From NCBI GenBank assembly GCA_020184695.1, contig JAANOX010000192.1, positions 1 to 64,000 of the forward strand: 64,000 nucleotides of DNA, read 5' to 3'. Source of the stretch: Histomonas meleagridis 2922-C6/04-290x. Its lineage: Eukaryota; Protista; Parabasalia. A model generated the notes under the pieces. That model was not told where the DNA came from. It saw only the letters and a program-made list of their open reading frames with translations, and did no database searches. Made by a program: the position numbers and the translations under genes. Positions within the stretch are counted from its first letter, which is position 1. Each line of letters begins with the position of its first letter. Shown here piece after piece: positions 9,801 through 22,050 of the stretch.

Positions 9801-12595
9801 CTGCATTACAATTTTTATTAACGCCAATAACAATCAAATATTTAAATCCATATTTCTTAACTCTTAATTTCCCCGAAACTTTAGTATCACATGATTTCTC
9901 TAATGATTTTACTTATCAAGGAAGAAATGGTATAAAGAATTTAGGTGCGACATGTTATATTAATTCGATAATCCAAATGTTTAATGGGTTAAAATTATTT
10001 TCATTAAAAATGATCTCATTAGAAACAAATGAAATTACTCCATTCATACATCAATTAAGAGATTTATTAGCTAAACTTCGATTTATTCGAGGCAAAAGTT
10101 TATCAATTAAAGAATTTTCTCAAACAATACCAAAGTTTAATTGTAAAGTTCAAGAAGATGTTGAAGAATTCTTTAATATGATTTTAAACAAATTAAATGA
10201 TGATTTACCTTCTAATAAAAATATTACTGATCATTTACGTGGACAATTTACAGTATCAATTCATAAAGATGAAAATTATATTGTCTCAACACATACTGAA
10301 GATTTCTTTTATTTATCATTACAAACACAATATAACTTAAAACTAAAAGAATCATTTCCCGAATATTTTAAAGAAGAAAGAATTGATTATAAAATAGAAG
10401 AAACTGGTGAAAATATATCCGCTTTTAGAAGAACTAGAATTTCACATTGGCCTGATTATTTAGTAATACAATTACAAAGATGGGAATATCCATTAATAAC
10501 TATGGAACGTCAAAAGTTAATAAATGAATTTCAATTCCCTTTACAACTCAAAACCGAAGAACTTCAGAAATTTTCAAACGCCGATACGGACATATTTGAC
10601 TATACTTTAGCAGGAGTTATCGTCCACCAAGGTAATGCTGAACAAGGTCATTATTTTACTATAGTACAAGGAGATGATGATGAATGGTATTTATGTAATG
10701 ATAAATCGATTGAATATTTCGATGTTAATGATATCCCTATATGGTCATTTGGTGGGACATCAGAGAATTTATCAAAATGGTCACCTGACGAAATATCGAC
10801 AGGATATTTATTGTTTTATAAAAAGATTGAGATTGAAGATATTAAACCGAATATACCTAAAGATTTAGAAGAATATTTAAACAAAGAAAATCAAAAGAAT
10901 TGGCCGAATATTATATTTTGTTCAACATCATTTATAACATTTGTACAAAATTTATTAACTAATATTAATCCTAAAACTAATGAATTATTAGAATTTAGTT
11001 ATAATGTATTATTTAAAATAATAATACAAAATAATGATATATTACATCAATGGGTTAAATTCTTTAAAGAAAAGATATTAAACACACAAAACTTATGTAA
11101 GAATTTCTTAAATTATATCATAAATACAATTGATAAAGATTTAATATCAATTTTAATGTTATCCGAAAAGATATGTAATGAAATCACTGATTTAATCACA
11201 AATTGTTTTATATATTTAAATTCTCCAATTCAACCATTGATAATTTTATTAAATAAAATCTTAAAACGTCATCCACAAGAAACATTAGGTAATAATGTAT
11301 TATCATTTTCATATAGTATAATAAACACAGTATTATCTACACCAAACATTAACTTTAATGATGAAGATGATTTATTATATATAATATTAGAGTTCTTATC
11401 GATACCTACACGTGATAACTTAATACTTTCGAGTAAACAATACATTATAACATTTGATAAATTGATGAACATATTAATAAATATAACAAATAATATAAAA
11501 TCAGCAAATAAAATTACAAGATCAGTATTCGATATAAATCGACTAAATAATTATAATGCTATAGCACGTAAATCGGAATCATTTAAGAAATTAGTTGCTT
11601 TAGTAACATCATTAAACATTTCAATTTTCCAAGATTTAACAAATGCTACAAATGCAACGAAAAGTTTATTAACAAATATAAAGTTCATTAATACAGTTCC
11701 GAAAGAGAATGATGAAAATCTTCAAGATAAAGGTTTAATAGTTTTATATAATTCGATAGAAAAACTTTTATTTAATGACTCAAAAGAGATACGAAATAAA
11801 ACTTATATTATAATGTTAGAAATATTAAATAGTGCAATAATCGATAAAAATATTTACACTAAGAAATCATATTTTAATAATATTAATAATAATGAAGTTA
11901 ATACTATTTATATGTACATCGCAAGTTTAATATTACATATGAATGAATTAATCGAAAATGGTTCCGAAGATAATTGTTATGAATATATATCATTATTAAA
12001 AAGAGCTGCAAAGATATCATCGAAATCGATTTTCCCGATTTTCATTGAAATCCAAAAATCGATTCGAATCATTAAAAACGAAAATTTGTTATATGAATTA
12101 ATTGATATCTTTTATAATTGTATTAATGTCCTTCATCAAAACATTGAAATTGATGAAGAAACTGCAACAAAAATTTTGGAATCAAATTATATATCGAAAA
12201 ATAACTTAAAAATTATTTTTGTTTTAAAGGATTTCGCTTCAAATACAAAACTTGTTGCGAATTCCGTCGAATATTTACTGTGTAATGATTTTTGTGTTTC
12301 TGAAAATTATTATAATTTCATCGATCTGATTAGAAATGGTTTAATTGTTCCTTTCGTTAATATCCCCGATAGAGCTTCTTGTTTGGATTCTTTAGCTCTC
12401 GCTTTGGTTTTATGGAATCAATGGGAGGACAAAAGAAACGAATTAAAAGTCTTCATGTTAAGCGCGTTGGAATTGGCAAAGCCTTTTTGTATATATAAGG
12501 AAAATGAAAACGTGAAAAAATGCGTGAGTTTGTTGTCGGAAATTTGTAACCAAGAATTGCAAGTTAAAATAAATGAAATATCTGAAAAACAATAA
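6854..12595 (+). CDS. Large ubiquitin-specific protease (peptidase C19)
   Basis: Cys box GIKNLGATCYINS, QEDVEEF, His box HQGNAEQGHY and WYLCND in a 1913-aa ORF. Confidence 0.93.
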   Translation: MAEIKFPNEEDFSHEQNDELVVKIKDLRSRVLDSLLKIPFSDYSKSMILFLEKKLPNIWKTIIQIERPPRSIMNEIQSICQLITKLAIHTNLNPYLIEGFIKTYGPGFSGNEFLEIVNVSDSEKEELLKFDDNEQILRQKKFPGTSAIRSLTQNIIKSGIFTKADDMFISHELTTQQLIKLNSLFDTIAFVLNPKYVSIIFPRLVDYTLTSLKKGYSPELDPLCTFISSHGIFLNTDQINQSIKYFCIALNHPQSTQESQITIISSFSRLLPFINTIEDENLLKTALMKQASIQTQSEPLNRLSNSIVTLTSKLHFSNKDLISIFTETNFSSSQKIECVTKAIESIDQPLDLDELANVILQRQDVSLRFYFDLITRVKDPQISHQLLDTVLNFTGDSSNLSCLNGAKDSEQLTNYVHEILQGDDLMKIYCLGKIFYSIPYLNTTNEYLMRIIELSKEHNELIQELLEFSNILDNFDSMPIIMMLFECILQQDPQDDYVNQLYFILSEWIEKKSVIPSEQILTKLLEIDYKNCSNSLPLFLNTFLLRCDDSLYKHICNVLFKILSDTIPKKHSNWFVNTIFYYIHDNTQMMKKFETELINYLKDSDKIDNLIYILYNAAIYEADFYNIKSTFGYIQNFKLIINEVKSENFKLSFHPFHSTRRLYYAISKHLGRKLNTFNIVVTEGTQEKLLQYYMPLPSILFNPIKVITLNINELEEPPPHSEEEEIFPTFLTLISKKVSILFHYLTDINETTEILFMILTLFQPIKLNAQYPLQNILIGNCTSVLEYGDSIRIFPFAMFSYAFTNIKSQPISEEIFKDIINIISNRSYDVISLLITISTFKTLFSTYEFDKEMIFNCLFQNTNEIFRNSIIPYISKTNVNINSFISLIELTTKKEFRARTKQFYIAIKSLNITNTEIFIPFYKDLQQFEFSHYNDIDETFIGLISLIPKTEETISLTINRLFSPPTCDNLTVPFIHTEESWNAALQFLLTPITIKYLNPYFLTLNFPETLVSHDFSNDFTYQGRNGIKNLGATCYINSIIQMFNGLKLFSLKMISLETNEITPFIHQLRDLLAKLRFIRGKSLSIKEFSQTIPKFNCKVQEDVEEFFNMILNKLNDDLPSNKNITDHLRGQFTVSIHKDENYIVSTHTEDFFYLSLQTQYNLKLKESFPEYFKEERIDYKIEETGENISAFRRTRISHWPDYLVIQLQRWEYPLITMERQKLINEFQFPLQLKTEELQKFSNADTDIFDYTLAGVIVHQGNAEQGHYFTIVQGDDDEWYLCNDKSIEYFDVNDIPIWSFGGTSENLSKWSPDEISTGYLLFYKKIEIEDIKPNIPKDLEEYLNKENQKNWPNIIFCSTSFITFVQNLLTNINPKTNELLEFSYNVLFKIIIQNNDILHQWVKFFKEKILNTQNLCKNFLNYIINTIDKDLISILMLSEKICNEITDLITNCFIYLNSPIQPLIILLNKILKRHPQETLGNNVLSFSYSIINTVLSTPNINFNDEDDLLYIILEFLSIPTRDNLILSSKQYIITFDKLMNILINITNNIKSANKITRSVFDINRLNNYNAIARKSESFKKLVALVTSLNISIFQDLTNATNATKSLLTNIKFINTVPKENDENLQDKGLIVLYNSIEKLLFNDSKEIRNKTYIIMLEILNSAIIDKNIYTKKSYFNNINNNEVNTIYMYIASLILHMNELIENGSEDNCYEYISLLKRAAKISSKSIFPIFIEIQKSIRIIKNENLLYELIDIFYNCINVLHQNIEIDEETATKILESNYISKNNLKIIFVLKDFASNTKLVANSVEYLLCNDFCVSENYYNFIDLIRNGLIVPFVNIPDRASCLDSLALALVLWNQWEDKRNELKVFMLSALELAKPFCIYKENENVKKCVSLLSEICNQELQVKINEISEKQ

Positions 12596-13731
12596 AAAAT
12601 TTATTTAAATAAATTTGTTTTATGATTATATTTATTGAAATGATTTAATTATTCAAAATATTTGGATGTTATTATATGTTATATTCATTTATGAAGTTCA
12701 GGTAGTAGATAATTTTTGTCCATTCTTCGAAGTTTATGAGTCATAATTAGTCATTCATCCGATGTAGAGATTAAAAGATTTTTTTCATGAAAATTCTTTT
12801 TATTACTTTCAATAATTTATTGATGGTATATACATGTGATATTTTGATATTTGCTGAAATTTATTCCTATTTTGTTTTGAAATAATTTTTATTTGATAAG
12901 TAATTTTTGGATGGATTTGTTGTATGACCATGTACATAGAACTTAAATTTTCAAGAAATTATATAAAATAAGTTTTAAAATATCAAAACCGTCAAAAATT
13001 GAATGCGATATCAGTTATCTCGAAAAATAGATTATCTTGAAAATAATGAATGATTTAAAAACATGAGGTGAGCGGGTCGTTATTTGATACTTCCCCAAAT
13101 GGCATCGGCTTGCATTTCTTGGCTCGTACAAACAAAACTTTAGATATTATAATATTTTTATACCATTGAACAAAAACTGTTTGTTGATAAAAAAAGGTTA
13201 TTTTTATTTTTATAAATCGGGTTAATCGAAAATTTTCGATTTTTAGAATCATATCGTTTTTATGGAAAATATTATTAAATCAATTCAAAATGTTCATCAT
13301 GTTTTCTCAAATATTTGTTTATCATTAATTTATTGCATGGAACAATAATTTTGCATTGGAAACCTTTCAACGGTTTTTTAAACTATTCAAAAACCTTAAA
13401 ATTACTGCGCACTTTCATTGAATTTCCGGTTTACGGGGTGCCCTTTGCTTTCAAAATTTTGTTCGTAAAACAAAAGGCACTTTTTATATGACCGTTTGGT
13501 TTCAAAAACAGAAATTTTTGCAATCGTTTTTTTTTCAGAACTTTCTGAAAAAATTGTATGTATTGATGAACTTTTACAAACACAAATCCCTATACGATAT
13601 ACTATAAAACATAGAAATTTAAGAGGGTTACCAAAATTATTCGGCCAAGCGCGGAGGAACAACATTCGCTATTGAAAATTTTGAGTCAGTTTATCTGAAT
13701 AACCTGAACTCTCTCCATAACAAAAAATAAT

Positions 13732-14169
13732 ATGGAGGAAAATCGCCAACCTAAAAACCTAATCCCCAAAGAGAGGGCCACAAGGCCACAAAAAAGTATC
13801 CCTGGTAACTCGCAGCCATTTCAAGAAAACATTAAATTGAAAAAAACAAAAAGGTTCAGCTCTGATATTCATACAACCAGTCCCAACATGTCTATAAAGC
13901 AAGTAAGAATAACAGTACCAAAGATTCCAAAAGGAAGAAGGATGACAGTAAGTAGTTTGGATTTTCCCACAAAACGCAATAGCCGACCTTCTAGCATAGG
14001 TCAACAAGAATCAAAACAGTTTATAAACAAGGCTAGAAAGTTTTTTGATGCACAAAATAAACCTGCTGCACAAAATACAGAGAAGGAAGAAGAATATACA
14101 GATATCATTGAAACACCCCCAAAGTTCCAGGTATGTATGTCAAATGGGCAAAAGATAATGCTGAGGTAA
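13732..14169 (+). CDS. Hypothetical basic low-complexity protein
   Basis: 145-aa ATG ORF with coding-like base composition. No recognisable domain. Confidence 0.5.
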   Translation: MEENRQPKNLIPKERATRPQKSIPGNSQPFQENIKLKKTKRFSSDIHTTSPNMSIKQVRITVPKIPKGRRMTVSSLDFPTKRNSRPSSIGQQESKQFINKARKFFDAQNKPAAQNTEKEEEYTDIIETPPKFQVCMSNGQKIMLR

Positions 14170-15253
14170 CCCTATATTTTCACAAAAAGAAATATTTGCG
14201 TTCTCATATAAATAAATACTTTGTAGCTTTCCAATACATTTTATATGAAATATGATATTGATTGTTATACTATAAGATAAAAGTCGTGTTTTTGTTCAAT
14301 TTCATTTAGTTTTTGTAACATTCTCTGCATTATTTGAAAATTCATTTGTTATTTTAAATTTTAGTGGTGGCTCATGTTTTTGGAAATGTGTGCTTTATAA
14401 AAATGACGAAAAAAAATTTAAAACTATGTCTGCATTAAAATGATTTTGATATTTAAAAGATCATACATATTTGAAAGTAAGTATAAGTTAATAGTAGCTG
14501 ATGGTAAATAAATATTTACATTAAATTTTAGAACAAATGATTTGATCCTCAATGTATCTTTTTTATAACCTCATATAATTTATTTAAATTAAAACATGTC
14601 AAAAAAAAAACATTAGCAAAGACTTGACCTTAGCTTTGTAGAGATGAAATTGCAAAAATGTGAGTAACATGTTGGCATTGCCATAATATTCTTTTCATAT
14701 ATAGAAAAATCATTCTAAACAACAAATAATGATAATTTTTTCTTTGTATTAGTAATAAAAAATTTCATTATTTTTTGGGTTAAACCATAAATTCGTTTTT
14801 GCATATTGAAATCTTGAATAGAATTTGACAAAAACAAACCTTATTTTAAGGAAATTTTTACACATTTATATGTATTTCAATGACAAAATTTTATTGATTT
14901 GATTAAAAAATATAAAATAGTAATTTTTACACAGTTCTATGTTTTTTGCACTTTTTGAATATAAAAACGATGATTTTTCACTCGTTAACTCTATCGTCTT
15001 GAATAATTTTTTAAATTACGAAAAGATTCCTTCAGGAGAAAAATTAAAAATCTTCATCAATTAAAGATTTATGATGCATCATAGGGATATATCCCTATCT
15101 TTATGAATAAGAATTAATTACAGTTTTATCCACTTGAAACCTCAATTATGTGTATTATTTATGAGAACATATTTCGCATCAATAAAAAAAGAAATTAAAA
15201 CCCGCACTTTTAGCAATTGAATGTAGTTGCTAGAGAATTATCATATGCACTTG

Positions 15254-15832
15254 CTAAACCATGCACATGCTTTGAGATAAATCAGAAAAGTCCATTAATG
15301 ATGGAAAACGTTGTTGTTCTAATGGAGAGTCAAAAAACGAAAACCAATCTTCATCGTGGCTATCAAACATGTTTTCGTTAGCTTTGACTGGGTTATTTGG
15401 AATGACTGATTGAGTTGGAGATTCGGATTCAGACGTTTCAATGGATTCAATTAACACGCTACTTACCTTACTCCAATTCTCGCAAAACCAGCATATTAAA
15501 CAATCACGTGAACGTTTTGCCAATCGATCAACTTGAACATTGATTCTCGGAGATATCCTAAGTGCCGCATCAAGAAGTTGTTTCTTTTGAGGTGGGGCTC
15601 CAAAAATCAATTCCAAGTTATGGAGAATTTGAGGCATCAATGCTTGATTGATTTTCACACGATTTGCTGTCATTACTTGATCTTTTTGCGTCTGTTTTGT
15701 GAGTTCTTTATGTTTTCCTACTCTTGGTATTGTGATTAATTGCCTTTGGTCTGTGTTTAACATTTGCACAATTTTATTTTGAAGACGTTTTTGAACCCAC
15801 AGAAACAATTGACTTTTTGTGATCAGTTTCAA
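15254..15832 (-). CDS. Hypothetical protein with a DRLAKR...CWFCENW motif (possible DNA-binding protein); true start may be a downstream Met
   Basis: Open ORF with the motif VDRLAKRSRDCLICWFCENW followed by an acidic Ser/Pro tail. The ORF track start is TTG. Confidence 0.6.
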   Translation of the reverse strand: MKLITKSQLFLWVQKRLQNKIVQMLNTDQRQLITIPRVGKHKELTKQTQKDQVMTANRVKINQALMPQILHNLELIFGAPPQKKQLLDAALRISPRINVQVDRLAKRSRDCLICWFCENWSKVSSVLIESIETSESESPTQSVIPNNPVKANENMFDSHDEDWFSFFDSPLEQQRFPSLMDFSDLSQSMCMV

Positions 15833-16822
15833 TGAACTTTGTTATGATACAAATTTTGTGTGGAAATTTTCAAAATCTTACGTTTAAACGGTCGCAATGA
15901 AGATTTCGTTGTCATAATGCTTTATATGTTTCATTATTCATTATTTATTTCATATCTTTTGAAGAATGTAATGACGAGAAAAAGATACATTAATAAAAAT
16001 GAATAAATATTGAAAATTAATTCAGAAAATCATATTTGTGAAAAATAAAACAAAAGAATAAAATAGCGGTTGATCTTTAGAAAATTTATCTGAATTGTAA
16101 TTGTCGTAATGTAAAGTTTTGATAGGGACGATCAAAAGTAACTGTAAAATAATTTTTAGCTTTTTCTGCCAACGCCTCCCGCTTCAATGGCTTTTTGCTT
16201 TTTTTTTTTTGTTGAGGAATTTCTGAAAGTTTTTCAATCATTATTGAGAAATAGAAAATGAAGGCGCTATATTTTACCAGTGCAATTAATGATTTTTTGT
16301 GACTTTCAGAACAAATTATGAAATATGTATTCAAAAAAATTGGTTCATCGAATTAACTTATAGGCTAGTATTGCTGATCTAGTTTTATATATTTTTTGAA
16401 TTCCATATTAATATCTCATTCTTTTACTTTATTTAAAGTTTACAAAATTCAATATCAAAACACTTCTCATTATTTTTTAAAATTAAAAAAATGCTCATGC
16501 ATGTCCTAAAAGTAAAAATGCAAAAATAAAAAAAATCAGAAGAAATAAAATATCGAAGAAAATTATTAAATAAAGTTTATGAAATTTTTGAAACTTTTTA
16601 TAATTATAAATTGGATTAAATATGTTTTTCAAAGTTCAAATAATAAAGATTTCATATAAACAATGAAATTTTTCGTGTTTTTAATCATTTTCTATAACTT
16701 TCGTGTTTTTAACCAATATTAAGAAGACACATGTTCTATCTAATTCGAAATTTCGAATTTTTTTTCAAAATTTCGAAATTATTGTTAAAATATAACTAAA
16801 CTTATATATGAGCTTCATTATA

Positions 16823-16825
<3 letters not shown>

Positions 16826-16868
<43 letters not shown>
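16826..16868. repeat. (AT)n microsatellite
   Basis: Perfect AT run. Confidence 0.95.
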
Positions 16869-16870
<2 letters not shown>

Positions 16871-17147
16871 TTATAAATGAAATTACCTGATTTTTAACGA
16901 AAAATTTTATTGATTTCTTCTGAAGGTGCAAAAATAAACGGCTTTTTCTTGCTTCGATAAGTATTTTTTATCATTGATGAACAATAAAAAATGAAGAAGC
17001 TCAAATGATAACAATTTCTAATTTATCACATAAGCGAAATGTTGAATCTCTTATTGTGAGTCATTCAATAAGATAGCTAAATCGAATTGAGGAAAATGTA
17101 AATAAAATAGTGATGTTGAGAAAAGTGACGGCTTTAACGGTTCTAAA

Positions 17148-20100
17148 ATGGAAAAAATTCATGCACGTGCAATCACAAATGAAGGACAAACATATCCCTC
17201 TGCCTACTTTTCATTAAGACACAATGATTTCATGGTTGCAAATATTTTAATTTCAGCTCAATCAAATAATTCAGAATTTTTCAAGATCATGAATGACATT
17301 TATAAAATCGAAAACCCCGAGTTATTCACAGAATGGGGTTTATATTGTTTTATTGCACGCTACTTATCAAATGACAATCATTTTGAAAAAGAAAATGATA
17401 TTTTTTCATATTTATTAAATAGCATAGATGATCCACTAATAGACCAAATCAAACCATATATTTTAAATCCATCTAAGTGTTCCAAAATCACGGCAGAAGA
17501 AAAAACGTAATTTTGGATTTTATCTTCTTTCCTTTCGTGAAACAAATCCAGCGCTTTTTACAATTTTTAAGCCGCAACTACAGCCATTACTTGATGCGAT
17601 CACTCCTACCAACTTAATTACATATGTAGGACTTCCATCATTATCATTTTTTTCAATTGCACCCAAAGACAAAATCATATTTCCAAATTTAAACTTTATT
17701 GAGCTCCGAGAAGTAATGACGGAAACGATTAATACAGAAATACTCGAGACATTTCAAATTGATTTTGTCAGTCAAAATCTTTTCCCAAAAGATTACCAAT
17801 CTGTACCTGCCTCTGAGTTATTATCTCTCATCAACACTTCGATATTAACATCGACACATTTTTTTGACGTTGTATCTAAATGTATTCTTCAATGTTTAAC
17901 TGATTTTGCATTAGATAAACTTCCATATGTATCACGTGTCTGTAACTTAATACCATTTTTAATAGTTGCATATCAGCCAATTATATATAAATCGTTTGAT
18001 AAGTTCCAAAGGTTAATAATGGCCGAATTACCAAAGACATTTGCACAACCAGTACAAATACGTATGCAAAATGATTATAAAATATTACGAAACATAAAAT
18101 TAATAACAAAAAAAGATATTAAAATCGATGATTTATATGAACATTCATTTTTATATTATTTCCAAACCAATTTATTAAACAAAGAAATGTTAAATTATAT
18201 TAATAGTAAATATTTTGTTTATAATGATGAAGAAATACAAAAAGATTCGGATTTCCTTTATTCATATTTTGTATTATTACATTCGATTGAATTATTAATT
18301 GATCAAAATATAACAACAAAAAGTTTTGAAGCGCAAAAAGAAATTATTAAAAAATATATATTTTTAATCAAGAATGAAAATCTTCAAGTTTCATTATACT
18401 TAGATATCTTTTCATTAATATTTTTACAACGAAATAATAATTATCTTTGTAAACCATTTTTAGCTAAATTAATTTTACAGTTCCTTCATTCAATAGGTAA
18501 TCATATACATATTAATTTAGCTATAAAAGCTATAAATTCGAAAGCAAACGCCGAAAATATTTCGGAATATTTCGGTGTTAATCGTATAAATTTATTAAAA
18601 CTTTTATCCGAACGAAAGTTTGAAGAAGCAAATGTATTATCTAAAGCCCAATCTAATTATCGGAAAGATTATGTTCTCATCAAATCAATTAATTCATTAA
18701 TTAATAATAACAGTATATTACTTGAATGTAAAAAATATTCGAATCAACTTAACATTGAAATTGGATTTTCCACTAATTTTTGGAGGGATTCATTAACATA
18801 TATAAAAGATTTTTATCCAGAATTTAATGAATTAATAACAAAACGTTTAAATGAATCGAATAAATATATATTAAATCCATTACAAAATGAAGTTAATGAA
18901 GAAAATGACTTATTAACAAATTTATTTGATATTAATCCAATTGATTTCTTAGAATCGAGACAAAACATTCCGAAACTTAATGAATTCATTAATCAAATTC
19001 GTACATTTTATGAATGTTCAAATCATACGACAATTGAATTTAATATCCAAAACATTATTTCATATTACATTCAAGAGAATAATTTCCATCAAACAAAAAC
19101 ATTAATTGAACAATTTAACATAAACTTATTCGAATATGTCCTTAATCATTTATCATCATTTAATATTAACATCGATTTCATTAATGAATTCCAATCTAAA
19201 TATCCATTAGAATGTCAAATACTTTCTATCACACATCTCAAGAAAGAAGAAGTAAATAAATTAAACTTTAATCCTAAGATCAAAAAATTTAATGAAATTA
19301 ATTTAAATAATGAACCTAATGAAGATGTATTGTTCTTAACTGCTGTTACATCACTCGATAATCCAGCAATATCAATTGACTTTTATGATGACGTAATATA
19401 TCGAATTGATCATAAAAAGTTTTGCGAAGTTTTAGTGGAGAAAATTGATCATATTCAAGAAGAAATCGCATTTTATTTGCTCGACATAGTTGGATATACT
19501 ATAAGTGATGAAAACAAAGAAAAAATTAAGAAAACTCTTTTCTTAAAAGAAGTTTATAAGTTAACAAAAACAAAAGAAAGTATTCCAATAGTGAAATCTC
19601 TTATCGAATTAGAAAGAATCGATTTGCTTACTCAATATATTACATATTTCGATACAAAACAACTTTTATTATATGCATCGAAATTACTCTCGAATAAGAA
19701 ATTGTTATTAAAGGATTTATTGATTAATTTCACTGATTATATAGACGTTTTATATAAGGAAAATGAAGAATTAACTCCAATTTTACTTGAAATTTGTCCA
19801 AAAAATAAGAAAAAATTGTTTTCTGCTTATGTACATTTACCATTAAATATTCGGAAATTATCAAATATTAATGACCATTATACCCTAATTAACGCATTCT
19901 TGTCGGACGTTGATAGTATTTGTTTAATAGATGAAGAACAAAGTTATTTGTTCAATGAAAACGATTTCGTTCAATTCCTTGAAATTATTTCAAAGAAACT
20001 TTCAATCAAGAAGTTTATCGTACATTCAAAAGAACTTTTGAGGCATATTCAAAATTATCAAAAAGCTCAGACTGTAATCGAGTCAAAAATTGAGAGCTAT

Positions 20101-21774
20101 ATTCAATCAATTGAAATCAATTCAAATGAAATTGAATTCAAACATTACAACAAAATGAATTTAATTAACAATTATATTGGTACATATAAAGTTTCTTCAA
20201 ATTTATCAGCAAAAATTAAATGTTTTTTAAATTTGATTTCTTATTTCACATTTAGTTTTTTACATATCCCATATAATTTTCATTCTGATTTAAATTTGTT
20301 ATTAAAAATTTGTTATTTACTCGATATTAATTCTGTTGCTGAAGAATTGATATCATTGTTTAATATTAATTCCATTGATTATGTCTTAAATCGTGCATAT
20401 ATTCCAATGTTATTACATTTACAAAGTGATGTGAGTGAAATATTATATAAATATGAAAACACTCATCAGGGTAATGTGGTAGATATAGCAAAGCTTAATT
20501 TATATGATGGTTTATATCATCAAAAATGTGAATATATTGGATATAATGAAAATGACGCATGCTCATTAAATTCACCATTTTTAGTCCCTTTTTCACATTT
20601 CTCATTGTTTAGTCCAGAAGTTATTAACATTATGATTCAAACTGGTGTTGAATCACTTGCATCTGGTGGCCAACCTTGTAATTTAGCTATATATCAAACC
20701 TTAAAATTCTTTTGCAAGAAGAAGAAAGTGAATTTGCCTGTCGAACAAGAGAAGAATTTGGCCTTTTTCGCAAGGAGATATAGCACTGGCAAATCAAAGA
20801 TTATATTTTCAATGCACTTAGGTGATTTTCAGAACATTTTGCCGTTAATTTTGGTAATTGAGAACCCTAAGGAACGGTTGGAGACGTTTATTTCAGCGGT
20901 TTATACAACGGCTATTTCATCAAATACTTATGGAATAATTGAAGAGAAATTTAAAGAATTCGACCCTGAATTAAAACAAACAAAGCATTTATGGGATGGG
21001 CTATTGGAATATATTGGAAATAAAAGAGTTCCAAATTTCGCAGCACATTTCCATGAATTTCTCGGATTGTTTTCTTACGTTATAACTGATTACAAAGAAT
21101 TGTTTAAGGAAATGAGGGCATTGGATTCAAATTGTTGTTTCGTACTTAATCAAATTATTTTCTTCATTGATAAAGAATTGGAAAATAATCACGACTTAAC
21201 ACAGGTAGAAACATTACAAGCTGAAAAGAGAATCGTTAAGTTGCAGCTTAAAATTATCAATTATTTCATGGAAATGAGAATTGGAGTTCTCCCTCAAAGC
21301 ATTGATTTGATGAATAATGAAAGCGCTCCTGTGTACGCTGGTAGTCTTATCCTTCAGTATTGCCAAAATGACATCAAACGTCGAGATAAATTTATTAATA
21401 AGATATGTGACTTGTTTAATGTCACAAAATCTTCAATGATTGGTCACTTATGTTACATATTAAAGGACCAAAACATTGTTTTCTTACAAGGATTCATAAG
21501 AGAAAAGAAAAAAGATACAGAAAATTATAATATATACTTTTCAAAACTCCTCCAAAACTTGTCACAGTCGCATAATTGGGTTCACATACCAATGATGATT
21601 AATGAGTTTGTTGATTCAGATTATGAAAAAGTTCAATATTATCTTGAATATAATTATAGCGCTGAAGCATTAGCTGTAGCTTCAAACACTAAAGATGAAA
21701 GAGTGAAAGAATTTAAACCATTGATTTCATATAAAGGATCAATTCTTGGCGATGCTTTAGTAAAAGGCCGTTAA
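17148..21774 (+). CDS. Large helical protein with a spastizin/ZFYVE26-like C-terminus; single gene split by a +1 frameshift in an A run at about 17500-17505
   Basis: Removing one A joins ORFs 17148-17510 and 17716-21774 through an open linker (AEEKRNFGFYLLSFRET...), giving 1542 codons. The C-terminal ETFISAVY...DPELKQTKHLW...HEFLG pattern resembles my recollection of the spastizin C-terminus (unverified). Confidence 0.6.
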
Positions 21775-22050
21775 CGACGGGGTGGTCTATTAACCGTTGC
21801 CGATGGCGCCGATTGTTTTTAACAGAAACTTTAGTGAATGTTTTCTATTCAGTTCTTCATTGTCATAAACATTGTCTATGCTATTGTTATGTTTTTAAAC
21901 CGGATTTTAATTAAAAGATTTGCAATCAAAATAAATTATTTTGACATTTAAATACAAATGATTATAATTTTTTCAAGCAATTATTAGTAAGAAAAACAAA
22001 GTATTACATCTGCAGTGTGAATTTTTGGATAGCAAAATATCATTTTTTTT

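Noticed and set aside
13061-13135. U4 snRNA identity for the GC island
   Set aside because: Partial resemblance (AUGAGG, ACUUCCCCAA, AUUUCUUGG), but no segment complementary to the conserved U6 stem I sequence.
14130-14200. GTATGT 5' splice-site-like motif in ORF 13732-14169
   Set aside because: No RCTAAC branch motif plus AG found downstream.
16086-16334. Short ORFs at 16086-16334, 719-985, 2620-2814 and 55079-55270
   Set aside because: No recognisable motifs. They may be gene fragments but cannot be supported from sequence alone.
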